In this document: positions 31,958 to 43,313 of the stretch, piece by piece
Position numbering within the stretch: position 1 is the stretch's first letter
Layout: every line of letters starts with the position of its first letter
From: an uncultured Spirochaetota bacterium
Lineage (GTDB): Bacteria > Spirochaetota > Spirochaetia > SZUA-6 > Fen-1364
Direction: 5' to 3'
Assembly: GCA_963745235.1 (NCBI GenBank)
Contig: CAVUXE010000015.1
Coordinates: 1 to 64,000 of the forward strand
Length of the DNA stretch: 64,000 nt
The notes under the pieces: generated by a model
Told to the model about the DNA's origin: nothing
The model's input: the letters and a program-made list of their open reading frames with translations, nothing else
Database searches by the model: none
Position numbers and translations under genes: made by a program

Positions 31958-33247
31958 TCAAAACCTTACGAGCGTGTCTACATCGACCGGAAGACCCGTC
32001 CTGATTGACTTGTTGGCGGCGATTCCGGTGAGGACGGACCATGCGCCGTCCACGTGCGAGGCGGCACGGTTCAACGGGTCCGGCCTCGCTGTCCCGAAAA
32101 TGTCCTCCAGGAGCATCACGTCTCGACCTCCGTGCCCGCCCTGCCCAGCGGCGGCCTCAACCTCGTACGGCGGAGCGAAGTGTGGACGCACAAGGATCCG
32201 CGCCGTCATGGAAGGCGCGGCAATTTCTCTTTCACCGGCGGCGTCGACGTACTTCCTTTCAACGACCTCCGCTTCGAGCCTGCCCCTGGTGCCGGTGAAG
32301 CTCACCCGGTATCCCTCCCACGAGGAGTATGCCACCAGCGAATAGCTCATCATGACCCCGCTCGCATACCGCACGAGCACCGCCATGGTGTCCTCGATGC
32401 TGATCCCGTCCGCAAAGACGCTCTGGTCACGGAGGTACCCGTCATCCTTTTCCGCCTCGAGGTACATTGCCTTTCTCTCGGCGTCCGCGCTCAGATCGAG
32501 CGCGAAAGGGTCCCCCGCGGCGTTCGCAGAACCGTAGGCACGAGAGTAGAACCTCGTGACGCCGCGCTTCTCGGCGTTCTCCCTTCCGTAAAACATCAGG
32601 TCCCCGAATGCATGGACCGTTTTCGGCCGTGATGCGATCCAGAAGTTCACGAGGTCGAAGTGATGGGTCGCCTTGTGGACCAGGAGGCCGCCGCTGTTAC
32701 GCCTGTCCCGGTGCCAGCGCCGGAAATAGTCGGCCCCATGAAGGGTGTCCAGGTTCCACTCGAAGTGGAGGGCGGTTACCTCGCCAATTGCGCCGTCGCG
32801 GATGAGCTCGCGAAGCTTCGCGTTGTGGGGGGCATAGCGATAGTTGAGCGTTACGCGAAGGGTCCGTCCCGTCCGCGCAACCGCGTCCAGGATGGCCTGG
32901 CATCTCGTTTCATCCACCGTCATGGGTTTCTCGCAGATCACGTCGCATCCCAGCTCCATGGCGCGGAGGATATAGCGGTCATGAGTCCGGTCGATCGACG
33001 TGACAATCACCACCTCGGGTTTCTCCCGTGCCACCATTTCGTCGAACTGGCCGACCCCGTAGACGGGCACCGGGTCGAGGCTGAACTTTTCCCGCAGCCT
33101 TCGATTGGCGTATTCCATGCGCGTGCGGTTCACGTCGCAGAATGCAACGAGCCGGTTCGCGGCTCTGTAGTCCCCCGCAATCGCCTCGTAGAAGAAAGGC
33201 GCCCTGCCGCCGGTCCCCACCTGCGCGAAGCGTTTTCTTTCCCCCAT
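31958..33247 (-). CDS. Gfo/Idh/MocA-family oxidoreductase (YteT-like)
   Basis: VGTGGR, ICEKPM, HGADYFRRWHR and LLVHKATHHFD. Confidence 0.9.
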   Translation of the reverse strand: MGERKRFAQVGTGGRAPFFYEAIAGDYRAANRLVAFCDVNRTRMEYANRRLREKFSLDPVPVYGVGQFDEMVAREKPEVVIVTSIDRTHDRYILRAMELGCDVICEKPMTVDETRCQAILDAVARTGRTLRVTLNYRYAPHNAKLRELIRDGAIGEVTALHFEWNLDTLHGADYFRRWHRDRRNSGGLLVHKATHHFDLVNFWIASRPKTVHAFGDLMFYGRENAEKRGVTRFYSRAYGSANAAGDPFALDLSADAERKAMYLEAEKDDGYLRDQSVFADGISIEDTMAVLVRYASGVMMSYSLVAYSSWEGYRVSFTGTRGRLEAEVVERKYVDAAGEREIAAPSMTARILVRPHFAPPYEVEAAAGQGGHGGRDVMLLEDIFGTARPDPLNRAASHVDGAWSVLTGIAANKSIRTGLPVDVDTLVRF

Positions 33248-33346
33248 GTGTATCCTCCTTCGACAAGCTTCCCTTTTCTTTCCTTGACACCAAATCAGGG
33301 AAGGCCATATCCTATGAGTGTGACGGTGCGCTCGCAGGTCCTGCAA

Positions 33347-33360
33347 GGTAAGCGCTTACC
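33347..33360. promoter_or_regulatory. LacI-family operator 1
   Basis: Perfect palindrome GGTAAGCGCTTACC, downstream of a TTGACA. Confidence 0.85.
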
Positions 33361-33367
33361 ACGTGAC

Positions 33368-34258
33368 GTGCCAGTGAGAAAGGTCCACAGACGCAGCGCG
33401 GATGCTGCCGCCGGCTGGCTCTTCATTCTGGCAAGCCTTGTCGGTTTTCTCGGGTTCTACGCCCTCCCGCTCGTCAGGAACCTGGCCATCAGCTTCACCC
33501 GGTGGAACATGCTCTCCCCGGCGCATCCCGTAGGACTGGGCAACTACGCGCGTGTCCTCCATGACCCGCTTTTCTGGAACTCCTTGAAAGTAACGGTGGA
33601 GTACGTGCTTTTCAACATCCCCCTCCAGACCGTCTTCGCGCTGTTTCTCGCCGTCGTTATGGCTCGCATGACCCGCTCCATCGTCGTGCGCGGGATCCTC
33701 ATTCTCCCCTATCTCATCCCCCCCGTCGTCGTGGGGCTCGTGTGGCTGCTCATGCTGAACCCGACCCTGGGGATCATCGACATCCTCCTGCGCCTGCTCG
33801 GGCTGCCCCGGCAGCCGTTCCTCGGCTCCGCCATCCAGGCCATGCCGTCGATTGCGGGCATCAACAACTGGGAGTACACGGGGTTCAACGCCATCCTCTT
33901 CTATGCCGGCCTGCAGACGGTGCCGGAAAGCCTCTACGAGGCCGCCTCCCTGGACGGCGCCAGCGAATGGAGGATGTTCTGGACCATCAGCCTGCCGCTT
34001 CTGCGCCCGGTGACGGCGTTCGTCGTCATCACATCGATCATCGGCTCTTTCCAGGTGTTCGACACTATCGCGGTAACGACGATGGGTGGCCCGATCAACG
34101 CAACGCGGGTGGTGGTATGGTACATCTACGAGCAGGCCTTCCGGCAGTTCAGCATGGGGTATGGGGCTGCAATCGCCACCGTCCTCTTCATCGTGCTCGC
34201 GGCCATCTCGCTGGTTCAGTTCAGGTTGTTTCGGGCGGGAAGCTCGGAGCTGCAGTAG
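33368..34258 (+). CDS. Carbohydrate ABC transporter permease (MalF-like)
   Basis: VGLGNY and the EAA loop LYEAASLDGA. Start placed downstream of the operator; exact start uncertain. Confidence 0.9.
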   Translation: MPVRKVHRRSADAAAGWLFILASLVGFLGFYALPLVRNLAISFTRWNMLSPAHPVGLGNYARVLHDPLFWNSLKVTVEYVLFNIPLQTVFALFLAVVMARMTRSIVVRGILILPYLIPPVVVGLVWLLMLNPTLGIIDILLRLLGLPRQPFLGSAIQAMPSIAGINNWEYTGFNAILFYAGLQTVPESLYEAASLDGASEWRMFWTISLPLLRPVTAFVVITSIIGSFQVFDTIAVTTMGGPINATRVVVWYIYEQAFRQFSMGYGAAIATVLFIVLAAISLVQFRLFRAGSSELQ

Positions 34259-34286
34259 CAGGATGAGCTCATGAGAGGAAGGCCGC

Positions 34287-35201
34287 GTGAATGAGACGAG
34301 GCTCGCAGGGTTGAAGGGCCGAACCGCAGGAACCGGCGCCCTGCGGCTGGCCGCGTGGATAGCGCTGATCCTGATCCTGGCCGTGACGCTCCTTCCTATC
34401 TGGTGGGTGCTGCGGGTCGCCCTGACCACCTCCTCGCTCCTGTTTTCCGACTGGAGCCGCTTCCTCCCCGCGGGACCCACCCTGGCCAATTTCGGCCGCG
34501 TTCTCGGGCTGATGGGAGAGACCGCGGCCATTGCCGCCGGCGGCTCGGGGCAGACCTTCCATTTCCTGCTCGCCATGCGCAACTCAATCCTGTTTACCGG
34601 GATGATCCTCTGCGGACAGCTCGCTTTCGGAGCGCTGGCGGCCTACGCCTTTGCGCGCCTGCGGTTTGCCGGGAGAGACGCCGTGTTCTTCCTCTTCGTG
34701 ACCGGCCTCATGGTCCCCGGCGTGGTGACGCTGATCCCGAACTTCGTCCTGATCCATTCGCTGGGGTGGCTCAATTCGTTTCAGGGGATGGCGGCTCCGT
34801 ATTTTCTGATGGCCCCGTTCTCCGTCTTTTTCCTTCGACAGTTCATGATCACGATCCCGCGAGAGCTGGAAGAAGCGGCAATCCTCGACGGCTCCGGGAG
34901 GCTGCGCATCCTTGCCCGGATCATCCTCCCCGTGAGCCAGCCCGCCGTCATCACCCTTGCAATCGTTGTCTTCTTTTCCACGTGGAACACGTTTCTCTGG
35001 CCATACCTTGTCGGCACCACGGAGAACGTGCGCGTGCTCACCGCGGCCCTGGTCACCTTCCAGGCCCAGACTCCGCAGGGTTCTCCGGACTGGACGGGCC
35101 TGATGGCAGGAACTGCCCTCGGAATGATCCCGCCGATAATCATTCTGCTTCTCGCGGGGCGAAGAGTGGTCGAGTCCCTTCAGTTCAGCGGCTTGAGATA
35201 G
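34287..35201 (+). CDS. Carbohydrate ABC transporter permease (MalG-like)
   Basis: AAYAFARLRF, ELEEAAILDG and WNTFLWP. Confidence 0.92.
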   Translation: MNETRLAGLKGRTAGTGALRLAAWIALILILAVTLLPIWWVLRVALTTSSLLFSDWSRFLPAGPTLANFGRVLGLMGETAAIAAGGSGQTFHFLLAMRNSILFTGMILCGQLAFGALAAYAFARLRFAGRDAVFFLFVTGLMVPGVVTLIPNFVLIHSLGWLNSFQGMAAPYFLMAPFSVFFLRQFMITIPRELEEAAILDGSGRLRILARIILPVSQPAVITLAIVVFFSTWNTFLWPYLVGTTENVRVLTAALVTFQAQTPQGSPDWTGLMAGTALGMIPPIIILLLAGRRVVESLQFSGLR

Positions 35202-35205
35202 AGGC

Positions 35206-35230
35206 GGGCCCGCGCGCGTCGCGCGGGCCC
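35206..35230. terminator. Hairpin between convergent genes
   Basis: GGGCCCGCGCG-CGT-CGCGCGGGCCC, an 11-bp stem. Confidence 0.6.
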
Positions 35231-35240
35231 CCGACTGTCT

Positions 35241-36569
35241 TTATTGGGCGAACAGGGCATTCACCTGGTCATTGGCGGGCACAAGCGCGTCCTGCGCGGT
35301 CTGCTGCCCCGTGAAAACGGCCTGGAGAGCCGGCCTCATGATGCTGTCTACCTGCGGGCCATGTTCCGTGATCAGGAAGGGATAGGTGACCCCCGGCGTC
35401 TTTGCCTCATTCAGGAAGGGCTGAGGATTGACTCCCAACTGCTCCCGCTGCGTGTCGACTGACCTCTGCGCTCCCGCCGGTACAGCCGGGTAGATGACGC
35501 CGTATTTGCCGACTGTCTCCTGCGCTGCCGGAGTCGCCATGAACTTCATCCACTGCCAGGCCGCCTCCTGGTTCTTGGAGCCGACCCAGATGGAGTCCGC
35601 AAGGCCGTCGATCATGCTCTTTCTCCCCGCCGGACCCACCGGCAGGGGCGCAATTCCCACCTTGAACTTCGCATTCTGGACGTCCCACTTGATCATCCAG
35701 TCACCGTCCACCATGCAGGCAACCTTGCCGGAGACCAGGAGGCTCTGCGGCCCTGTCTGCGGGATGTCCGCAAATGCCGGTGAGAAGCCGTTCTTCAGGC
35801 TGAGGTCCGCGTATCACTGGATGGTCTTGATGAGCCGCTGGTCATCATAGTTGTAGTGGGTCCCCCAGACGGGGGCATTCGTGTACCACCACCCCGTGGA
35901 CACCGCGAAGCTGGTCCACTGGGGGTGGCCCGCCGCGCTCGCCCCTTCCACGTAGGAAGCCAGGAACCCGTACTGGGAGACAGAGCTCTTGTCGAAGCTC
36001 GGGCTCAGCCCGTTGTTCCCGCTGCCGTCCAGCGTGAGCCGGGCAATCACCTTCTGGAACGTTCCCCCGTCCTCAGGGTTCCAGGTGAGGTTGTTCATCT
36101 CCCGAGCCGAGATCCCCGCTTTTTTCAGCATTTCCGTGTTGTACATGAGGGCTTCGGTGTCCCAGTCCTTCGGAAGCCCGTACCTCTTCCCGTTGTGGGT
36201 CCAGAGGTCGGCGAGCGTCGGGAAGTAGATCCCTGTGGGCACGTGATCCCTTTGCACCAGCGGCTCGATGTCGACGATCTGGTTGTTCGCCGAGAAAACC
36301 GGATAGTAGAAAAGGTGGTCGGTGAACACGTCAGGGGCCGTTCCCGCCACGAGCTCGGTCTGCAGCTTCGGCCAGTAGTTCGGCCAGCCGTCCTGCTCGA
36401 ACTTGATGACGATGTCCGGATGGGCCCTGTGGAATGCGTCCGCTACCGCCTGATACTGGGGAATCTGGCTGGCGTCCCAGAGCGCGTAGCGCAGCACCGT
36501 GGGATCCGCGCCGAACGCTCCAGCCGAAGCGGCAAGGGACAGGAAAAGGACAAAGCACGTCGATTTCAT
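35241..36569 (-). CDS. Sugar ABC transporter substrate-binding protein with an in-frame TGA at 35814-35816
   Basis: Signal peptide, KLQTELVAGTAPDVF, YGLPKD and AAWQWMKF. The two ORFs are in the same frame across IQ*YADL. Confidence 0.85.
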
Positions 36570-36628
36570 ACTTATCCTCCTCTGTCGTGAGAATCTCTTG
36601 TCTTCTCTAGAGAGAGTCTCTTTTTCCA

Positions 36629-36644
36629 TGGTAAGCGCTTACCA
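36629..36644. promoter_or_regulatory. LacI-family operator 2
   Basis: TGGTAAGCGCTTACCA, a 16-bp palindrome upstream of the binding-protein gene. Confidence 0.85.
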
Positions 36645-36666
36645 CAAAATAGTCAAGTTCTTTCCT

Positions 36667-37695
36667 TCAGCTCGTTTCCCTCATGACAAGCCGGGCGTCG
36701 ATGGAGCGCCGAATGGGCTCGGATGACCGAAAGCCGTCCCGGCGAAGATCCAGGAAGGCCTTTGCGGCCAGGTGGCCGACGGTCTTCATGCGCAGGTCCA
36801 CGGCCGTGAGACGAGGCCGGGAGAGCTCCGACACGAACGTGTTGTCGACGCTGATGACGGCGATGTCCTCGGGCACTCTCGCTCCGAAGGCCAGCGCTCC
36901 CTGGACCACTCCCAGGGCAATCAGGTCGTTGCCCGCCAGCACGGCCTGGGGAGCCTTCCTGCCCCTGAGCAGATCGGTAATAAGGGCCGCTGAATCATGG
37001 ACCGCCCCCGGACTGTTGGGCCGCTTTACGCGCGCCACCATCTGGTCCGAGTCCGCGAGACCGTGGGTGCGCGCAAACTGCCGGAAGAGCCGCTCCTTGA
37101 GCTCGAAGGAGTAGTTCGCGCCGCCCCGAAAGAGCGCGATCCGCCGCTTGTCCGTTTCCACGAAGCGCTCGAGGGCCTCCCGGAGTCCCGGCTCCTGGGC
37201 GCATCGCACGACATGGTATGGCGAGTCCTGCGCTAGGTGCTCGTTGACGAGGATGATGGGCACGTGAAGGCTCAGCTGCTCGTCGAGATAGTGGTTGCGC
37301 CGCGTATTCACCGAGGGTCCCTCGACCACGATGATGGCGTCCACCCTCCACTGGATGAGCCCCCGGACGGCTTCGCGTTCCAGCTCGGGCGTGTCGTAGC
37401 TGCAGCTCAGATGGACGAACACCCCGTGACGCGCAAGGGCACCGATGATGGCGTCCACCACTTCCGTATGGTAGGGATTGGAGAGGAAAGGGACAATGAT
37501 GCCCACCGAGTCGGTGGTGGCCTTCATCAAGCCGCGGGCAAAGACGTTCGGCTTGTAGCCCAGCTTCTTGATTGCCTGTTCCACCTTGCGCCTGGTGCCG
37601 GCGCTGACGGGATGGCCGTCATTGTTGATGACACGGGAGACCGTGGCCGTGGAGACGCCGGCCGCCCTGGCCACATCATCTATTCTTTTGCCCAT
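36667..37695 (-). CDS. LacI-family transcriptional regulator
   Basis: IDDVARAAGVSTATVSRVIN, YKPNVFARGL and VPEDIAVISVDN. Confidence 0.95.
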   Translation of the reverse strand: MGKRIDDVARAAGVSTATVSRVINNDGHPVSAGTRRKVEQAIKKLGYKPNVFARGLMKATTDSVGIIVPFLSNPYHTEVVDAIIGALARHGVFVHLSCSYDTPELEREAVRGLIQWRVDAIIVVEGPSVNTRRNHYLDEQLSLHVPIILVNEHLAQDSPYHVVRCAQEPGLREALERFVETDKRRIALFRGGANYSFELKERLFRQFARTHGLADSDQMVARVKRPNSPGAVHDSAALITDLLRGRKAPQAVLAGNDLIALGVVQGALAFGARVPEDIAVISVDNTFVSELSRPRLTAVDLRMKTVGHLAAKAFLDLRRDGFRSSEPIRRSIDARLVMRETS

Positions 37696-37754
37696 CGCTC
37701 TCCCCGGGGAGGCTACGCCAATCCCGGTGGAATGGCAAGGGGCTTGACACCGAA

Positions 37755-37768
37755 GGTAAGCGCTTACC
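37755..37768. promoter_or_regulatory. LacI-family operator 3
   Basis: GGTAAGCGCTTACC just after a TTGACA in the lacI/AKR divergent region. Confidence 0.85.
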
Positions 37769-37812
37769 ACATTGAAAAAGGCCGCGCTTGACGGCGGCCG
37801 GGAGGTGAGCCA

Positions 37813-38829
37813 ATGGAATACCGCAACCTCGGGAAAACCGGTCTCCGCGTGAGCGAGCTGTGCCTGGGGGCCATGACCCTGGGACGGGAAGCCTCGGAAA
37901 GCGAAAGCTTCGAGATCCTGGATGGCTTCGCCGAGGCCGGCGGCAACTTCATCGACACGGCGAACGTGTACGCGGGAGGCGCCTCCGAAGAGGTGGTCGG
38001 AAAATGGCTCTCGCGGCGCCGCCGGGAGGATTTCGTGATCGCAACAAAAGTCTGCTTTTCGATGGGCTCCGGTCCCAACGACGTGGGCCTGAGCAGGAAG
38101 CATATCATGAGCGCGGTCCGCGAAAGTCTGCGCCGCATCGGGACCGACTACATCGACCTCTACCAGGTCCATGCGTGGGATCCAGCCACCCCGCTCGAGG
38201 AGACGCTGGGCGCGCTGAATGACCTGGTCCGCAGCGGCCTGGTTCGCTACATCGGGGCGAGTAATTTCCGGGGCTGGCAGCTGCAGAAGGCGCTCGACGT
38301 GTCGCGCCAGAGCGGATGGAACCTCTTCTGCAGCCTTCAGCCCCAGTACAACCTCATGTGCCGCGCCACGGAATACGAGCTGATCCCCCTCTGCCGCGCC
38401 GAAGGTCTCGGGGTGATGCCGTGGAGCCCGTTGCGCGGAGGTTGGCTCTCCGGTCGATACCGCCGCGGGATGGACAAGCCGCCGGAGGGGTCGCGGGTCG
38501 CCATGGCGGAGAAGATGGGCTGGAGTGAGAACTGGAGCCGCTACAACAACGAGCATACCTGGAAGCTGATCGACGAGCTCGTCTCCGTTGCAAGGGCCGT
38601 GGGAAAAACGCCCGGGCAGACGGCGCTCCGTTGGGTGATGCAAAGGCCCGGCGTGACCGCTCCCATCATCGGCGCCCGTTCCCCTGCCCAGCTGGCGGAG
38701 AATCTGGGAACAACCGGCTGGGCGTTGAACGCCGAGCATGTCGGGTGCCTGGACGCCGCAAGCGCAACCGTGGTTTCCTATCCGTACGATGATGCGGCAG
38801 AGAAGCAGCAGCGGGCGGGCCGGGCATAG
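37813..38829 (+). CDS. Aldo/keto reductase
   Basis: [31 protein letters not shown] and PWSPLRGG. Confidence 0.95.
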   Translation: MEYRNLGKTGLRVSELCLGAMTLGREASESESFEILDGFAEAGGNFIDTANVYAGGASEEVVGKWLSRRRREDFVIATKVCFSMGSGPNDVGLSRKHIMSAVRESLRRIGTDYIDLYQVHAWDPATPLEETLGALNDLVRSGLVRYIGASNFRGWQLQKALDVSRQSGWNLFCSLQPQYNLMCRATEYELIPLCRAEGLGVMPWSPLRGGWLSGRYRRGMDKPPEGSRVAMAEKMGWSENWSRYNNEHTWKLIDELVSVARAVGKTPGQTALRWVMQRPGVTAPIIGARSPAQLAENLGTTGWALNAEHVGCLDAASATVVSYPYDDAAEKQQRAGRA

Positions 38830-38834
38830 CCGTC

Positions 38835-40134
38835 ATGGATAAGATAACCTTCCTCGGGGCAGGCAGCACCATTTTCGCACGGAACGTCCTGGGGGACTGC
38901 ATGCTCACCCCTTCCCTTCAGAGATTCGAGTATGCGCTTTTCGATATTGACCAGGTCCGCCTGGCCGACTCCACGGCAATGCTGGAAGCGATCAACCGCA
39001 ACGTCAACGATTGCCGCGCCAGGATAGTCCCCTACTCCGACAGGCGCGCTGCCCTGGCCGGCGCGAAGTTCGTCGTGAACGCAGTGCAGGTGGGGGGATA
39101 TGAGCCGTCCACCGTCATCGATTTCGAGATCCCGAGGAAGTACGGGCTGCGCCAGACCATCGGGGACACGCTTGGAATCGGAGGGATTTTTCGCGCCCTG
39201 CGCACCATTCCTGTTGTTCTGGACTTTGCGCGCGATATGAGGGATGTGTGTCCGGACGCGCTTTTCCTGAACTACTCCAACCCCATGGCCATGCTCACCG
39301 GAGCCCTCCTCCTGCACGGCGGAGTTCGCGCGGTGGGGTTGTGCCACAGCGTCCAGGTGTGCGTCCCGCACCTTTTCCGGGACCTTGGCATGGACCCCTC
39401 CGGCGTCGAGTCACAGATCGCCGGGATCAACCATATGGCGTGGCTTCTGAAGGTGGAGAAAGACGGTGTTGACCTCTACCCCGAGGTGAAGAGGCGGGCG
39501 GGCAGCGCGGCCCACTCCCCATGCGGACATGGTGCGATACGAGATCATGCGGAGGTTCGGCTTCTACGTCACGGAGTCAAGCGAGCACAACGCGGAATAC
39601 AACCCGTGGTTCATCAAGAGGCGCTACCCCGAGTTGATCGAGCGCTACGCGATCCCCCTGGACGAGTACCCCCGGCGGTGCATCAGGCAGATCGAGGACT
39701 GGAAGATGATGCGGGAGAAGCTGACGCGGGACCCCGAGCTGCGGCACACGCGAACGCATGAGTACGCCTCCTACATCATGAACGCGGTGCAGACCGACGT
39801 GCCGTTCCGCATCGCCGGGAACGTGCTGAACGAAGGTCTCATCCCGAACCTGCCGCGCGAGGCGTGCGTGGAGGTGCCCTGCATGGTGGACAGAACGGGG
39901 ATCAGCCCGTGCCGGGTCGGGGCGCTGCCGGTGCAGCTTGCGGCGCTGAACATGACGAACATCAACGTGCAGCTGGTCACCGTCGAAGCGACCATCAAGG
40001 GGCGCAGGGACATGGTCTACCAGGCGGCGCTCCTGGATCCGCACACCGCCGCGGAGCTTTCCCTGGACGACGTGGTAAAGCTCTGCGACGACCTGATTCA
40101 CGCGCACGGCAGCTGGATCCCGCCGCTCGCGTAA
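38835..40134 (+). CDS. melA: GH4 NAD-dependent alpha-galactosidase (MelA-like); frameshift near 39520
   Basis: ITFLGAGS, QTIGDTLGIGG, NYSNP, GLCHSVQ, GINHMAW and TESSEHNAEY. Confidence 0.85.
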
Positions 40135-40179
40135 GGGGCAGCACGGGGCTCCAGAAGCGAAATGCCGCATGTCGCCTTT

Positions 40180-41029
40180 CTATGTCATGAGTTTTTTGAG
40201 AAACGCCAGGCCGTCCTTTGCAAGCGCTTCGGGGCTGGCCGCCAGCGGCCGCCACACTGCCGCGGCTCGCGCAATTTCCTTCACCTCCGTGGAGAAGGAC
40301 TCGATCACCATTGAGCCGTCGAACCTGATCTTTTTCAGGGCAGCGGCGATCTCCGCCCAGGAGACGTGCCCGCTGCCCGGGAGTCCCGCGGTCATTTTCG
40401 TTCGCGTGAACGTGGACCATGAGCGGCCCCGCCAGCTCGATGGCCTTCCCGAGGCTCTTCTCCTCGATGTTCGCGTGAAACGTGTCAATCATGATCTTGA
40501 CGCGCGGGCTGTCGATCATGCGGTGAAGCTCGATTGCCTGCTCGGTGAGATTGATGAAGCTCGTCTCGAACCTGTTCAGCGGCTCAAGGGCAAGCGTGAT
40601 CCCCTTTTCCTCGGCGTAGCGCGCCACCTGCTTCAGGTTCTTCGCGCAGCGCTCCAGCTCACGCGTGTGCTGCTCCGGGGAGGCCTGCCACGTCCGTCCC
40701 ACGGCAGCGTACAGCGGGCCAACCACGATGGGTGACCCCATGGCTGCCGCGGCGTCGATGAGGTGCTTCATGTAGGACACGGCGCCTTTCTGGATGGCCT
40801 CATCATCATGGGAAGGGTCGCGTCCTGCCCCCATGACGGCGCAGATCGATGCCTTCAGGCCGGTCCGCTTGTATGCTTCCGCCGCCTTGCCGTAGTCGAT
40901 ATCCTGCTCTCCCTCGATCGGAATCTCCAGGAGGTCGAAGCCAAGGGATCTCGCCTTATCCAGCAGGGGGAGGTCCTTCGTCCTGAAGGGCGATGCCCAC
41001 ATGAATGTATTGACTCCGAATGTGATCAT
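40180..41029 (-). CDS. D-tagatose/D-psicose 3-epimerase-family TIM-barrel protein; frameshift near 40385
   Basis: LALEPLNRFET, IDTFHANIEE, HVHANENDRGTPG, IESF and AAVWR. Confidence 0.88.
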
Positions 41030-41045
41030 GGCGTGACCTGCGCTT

Positions 41046-43166
41046 TCACCGTGCCCCCGCCTTCGAGTCGAGGCTCGCGGCCTCCGTTTGCGCCGGTACT
41101 GACACGGACGGCCCGGTCACGCCCTCCCCGTCCGTCTTGATCCTGAACTGCCCGACCAGGCTCTGCAGGTCCTGGGCCCACCGGGACTGCTCTCCCGTGG
41201 CGCTTGACATCTCCTGGGCAGAGGAGGCAGCCGCCTGGGTCAGCTCGTTCACGTGCTCGACCGCCCGCGAAACCTGTCTCGCGTTGGCCGTCTGTTCCTC
41301 CGCGGCGGTCGAGATACTCTGACTCATCTCACTGACCTCCCGCAGCGCTCCTGCCAGCTCGCGAATCGCGACGATCTGCCTCGACATCGAGCCCGACAGC
41401 TCCCCGATCATCTGTTGCACCTTCTGCGACCCCGCTTTGATCTGCTCCATGGCGCCCTGCGAGCCGTGGGCCACCTGTACTCCCTGGGTGACGTTCTTCA
41501 CGCTTTCCCTTATCAGCCCTTCGATCTCTTTCGTGGAAGCGGCGGATCGGTCGGCAAGCTTGCTCACCTCCTGGGCCACCACGGCGAACCCCCGCCCGTG
41601 CTCCCCGGCTCGGGCCGCCTCAATGGAGGCGTTGAGAGCCAGCAGGTTCGTCTGGTCCGCGATATCGGAGATCACGTTCACTATCCCCCCGATCTTCTCC
41701 GAGCTATCGGCGATCCGCGTAATGCCCGCGGCCACCTCGCTGACCGCGGCCGCGCCTTCCTGTGACTTCTCCACGGACTGGTTGGCGAGGGTCGAGATCT
41801 CTCCCAGGCTGCGCGAAACCTCCTCGATTGCTCTCTGCACCTGCTCCATGGAAGCCCCGCCCTTGTTGACCGAAGTCACCTGCTTCTGCACGTGCTCTCT
41901 GACCTGGTCGACGCTGGCGGCGAGCTCCTCCACGGACGCCGAGGTCTGCTCCAGGGTGGAGGCCTCGCTCTGCGCCCCTTCCGCCAGGGACTGCGCGTTT
42001 GCGGAAATCTGCTCACTCGAAGCCGCCACCCGGTGAGCACTCTCCTGCACGGTGGCTACCATGGAGGAGAGGCGTGAGGACATGGCGTTCAGCGCTTCGC
42101 CCAGTCTCCCCACCTCATCGCGCCTGCTGATCGCCAGCCTCTGGGTAAAGTCCCCTGAGGCGATGGCCTGGGCGAATGCGACGCTCCGGGCCAGGGAGAC
42201 GGTGATGGAGCGGGAGAACAGAAGGTAGATGAAGAAAGCGACGATCACCGCCGCCACGCTGATCACGAGGAAAAGGTCGCGCAGGCTCGTGGCGGTGAGG
42301 GTATAGGTATCGTCGGCTGCCTCCATGGACAGTGCGACGCTCCAGCCGACGCTCGTCGCCGGCGCAAAACCGGCTTTCATCGGGATCCCCTCGAAGACAT
42401 AAGAGGCAACTCCGCTCTCGCCGGCAATCATCTCCTTGGCGAGCTCCCTGGTTCCGCTGGTCTGAAGGAGGTTCAGCTTGAGGATGTACTGCGGCTTCGG
42501 GTGCGCGATGACTGTGCCCGTGGTATCGACCACGTACGCGTAGCCCGTGGTTCCGATCTTTTCGTTCTTGATGACGTCCGTGAGGAAGCTGATGTTGATG
42601 AGTGTCGCATAGACCCCCACAACGGTGTCGGTGTCGGGATCGCGGATGGGAGAAGCAATGGGGACAACGGGCAGGTTGGTGATCTTGCTGAAGAAAACCT
42701 GCCCGATGTACGGCGCCCCGCTCATCGCTTTTGAGAAATACTCCGTGTCCGCAATCGACACGCCTACCCATCTGGCCATGGAGGAGGCGAAAACGTTGCC
42801 GTCCCTGCCCGCGACGATTGCGGCCTCGTACGTCCAGTGTATCTGAGTGTTCTTGTCGAAGGGGGAGAGCTTCTTCCCGACTGCCCCGACGATGTCGCCT
42901 GACTTCGTCACTCCCTTGGTGTCCACGCTCCTGGCCGCCTCGATGATGTCGAAATCGTTGGCCATGCTCAGCGAGAACCTTCTCTCTTCCACAAATACGT
43001 TGTCGATGATCCGGGCGATCTCCCCGGACCTGGCGATCATCTGATCGCCGCCCAGCCGTGAAAGAGCTGCACTGGACCGGGTGATTGCCAGGAAGGCAAG
43101 AAGCGCGAGGGGAACGACCATGAGGACCGTGCCCACTGCCACGAGCTTGAAGCCGATGCGTTTCAT
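41046..43166 (-). CDS. Methyl-accepting chemotaxis protein with dCache sensor
   Basis: TM, dCache ([22 protein letters not shown]), TM, HAMP and MCP signal domain. Confidence 0.95.
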   Translation of the reverse strand: MKRIGFKLVAVGTVLMVVPLALLAFLAITRSSAALSRLGGDQMIARSGEIARIIDNVFVEERRFSLSMANDFDIIEAARSVDTKGVTKSGDIVGAVGKKLSPFDKNTQIHWTYEAAIVAGRDGNVFASSMARWVGVSIADTEYFSKAMSGAPYIGQVFFSKITNLPVVPIASPIRDPDTDTVVGVYATLINISFLTDVIKNEKIGTTGYAYVVDTTGTVIAHPKPQYILKLNLLQTSGTRELAKEMIAGESGVASYVFEGIPMKAGFAPATSVGWSVALSMEAADDTYTLTATSLRDLFLVISVAAVIVAFFIYLLFSRSITVSLARSVAFAQAIASGDFTQRLAISRRDEVGRLGEALNAMSSRLSSMVATVQESAHRVAASSEQISANAQSLAEGAQSEASTLEQTSASVEELAASVDQVREHVQKQVTSVNKGGASMEQVQRAIEEVSRSLGEISTLANQSVEKSQEGAAAVSEVAAGITRIADSSEKIGGIVNVISDIADQTNLLALNASIEAARAGEHGRGFAVVAQEVSKLADRSAASTKEIEGLIRESVKNVTQGVQVAHGSQGAMEQIKAGSQKVQQMIGELSGSMSRQIVAIRELAGALREVSEMSQSISTAAEEQTANARQVSRAVEHVNELTQAAASSAQEMSSATGEQSRWAQDLQSLVGQFRIKTDGEGVTGPSVSVPAQTEAASLDSKAGAR

Positions 43167-43313
43167 TCAGCCGCCTCCATTCCCCCTGAGGCAGGGCGCC
43201 GCTCCGTCAAGAGGAATTGCGCTGCGGCGGGGCGGTTCCCGCCCATTTCTCATTGTGCTGATTTCTCCCGATCCCCGCAAGTCCTGCTCGTCCATTCGTG
43301 GTCCGACACGATG

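Noticed and set aside
29871-34258. Long overlapping ORFs (29871..31715, the N-terminal part of 32660..34258, and similar ones such as 16606..18462)
   Set aside because: These are shadow ORFs typical of high-GC DNA. They overlap well-supported genes and have no motifs.
35814-35816. TGA recoding (Trp or Sec)
   Set aside because: TGA ends many genes in this window, TGG is used for Trp, the position is not a Cys site, and it is a single case.
36667-38739. 690-aa LacI fusion protein
   Set aside because: The N-terminal extension is the antisense shadow of the AKR gene. The real HTH starts at 37695.
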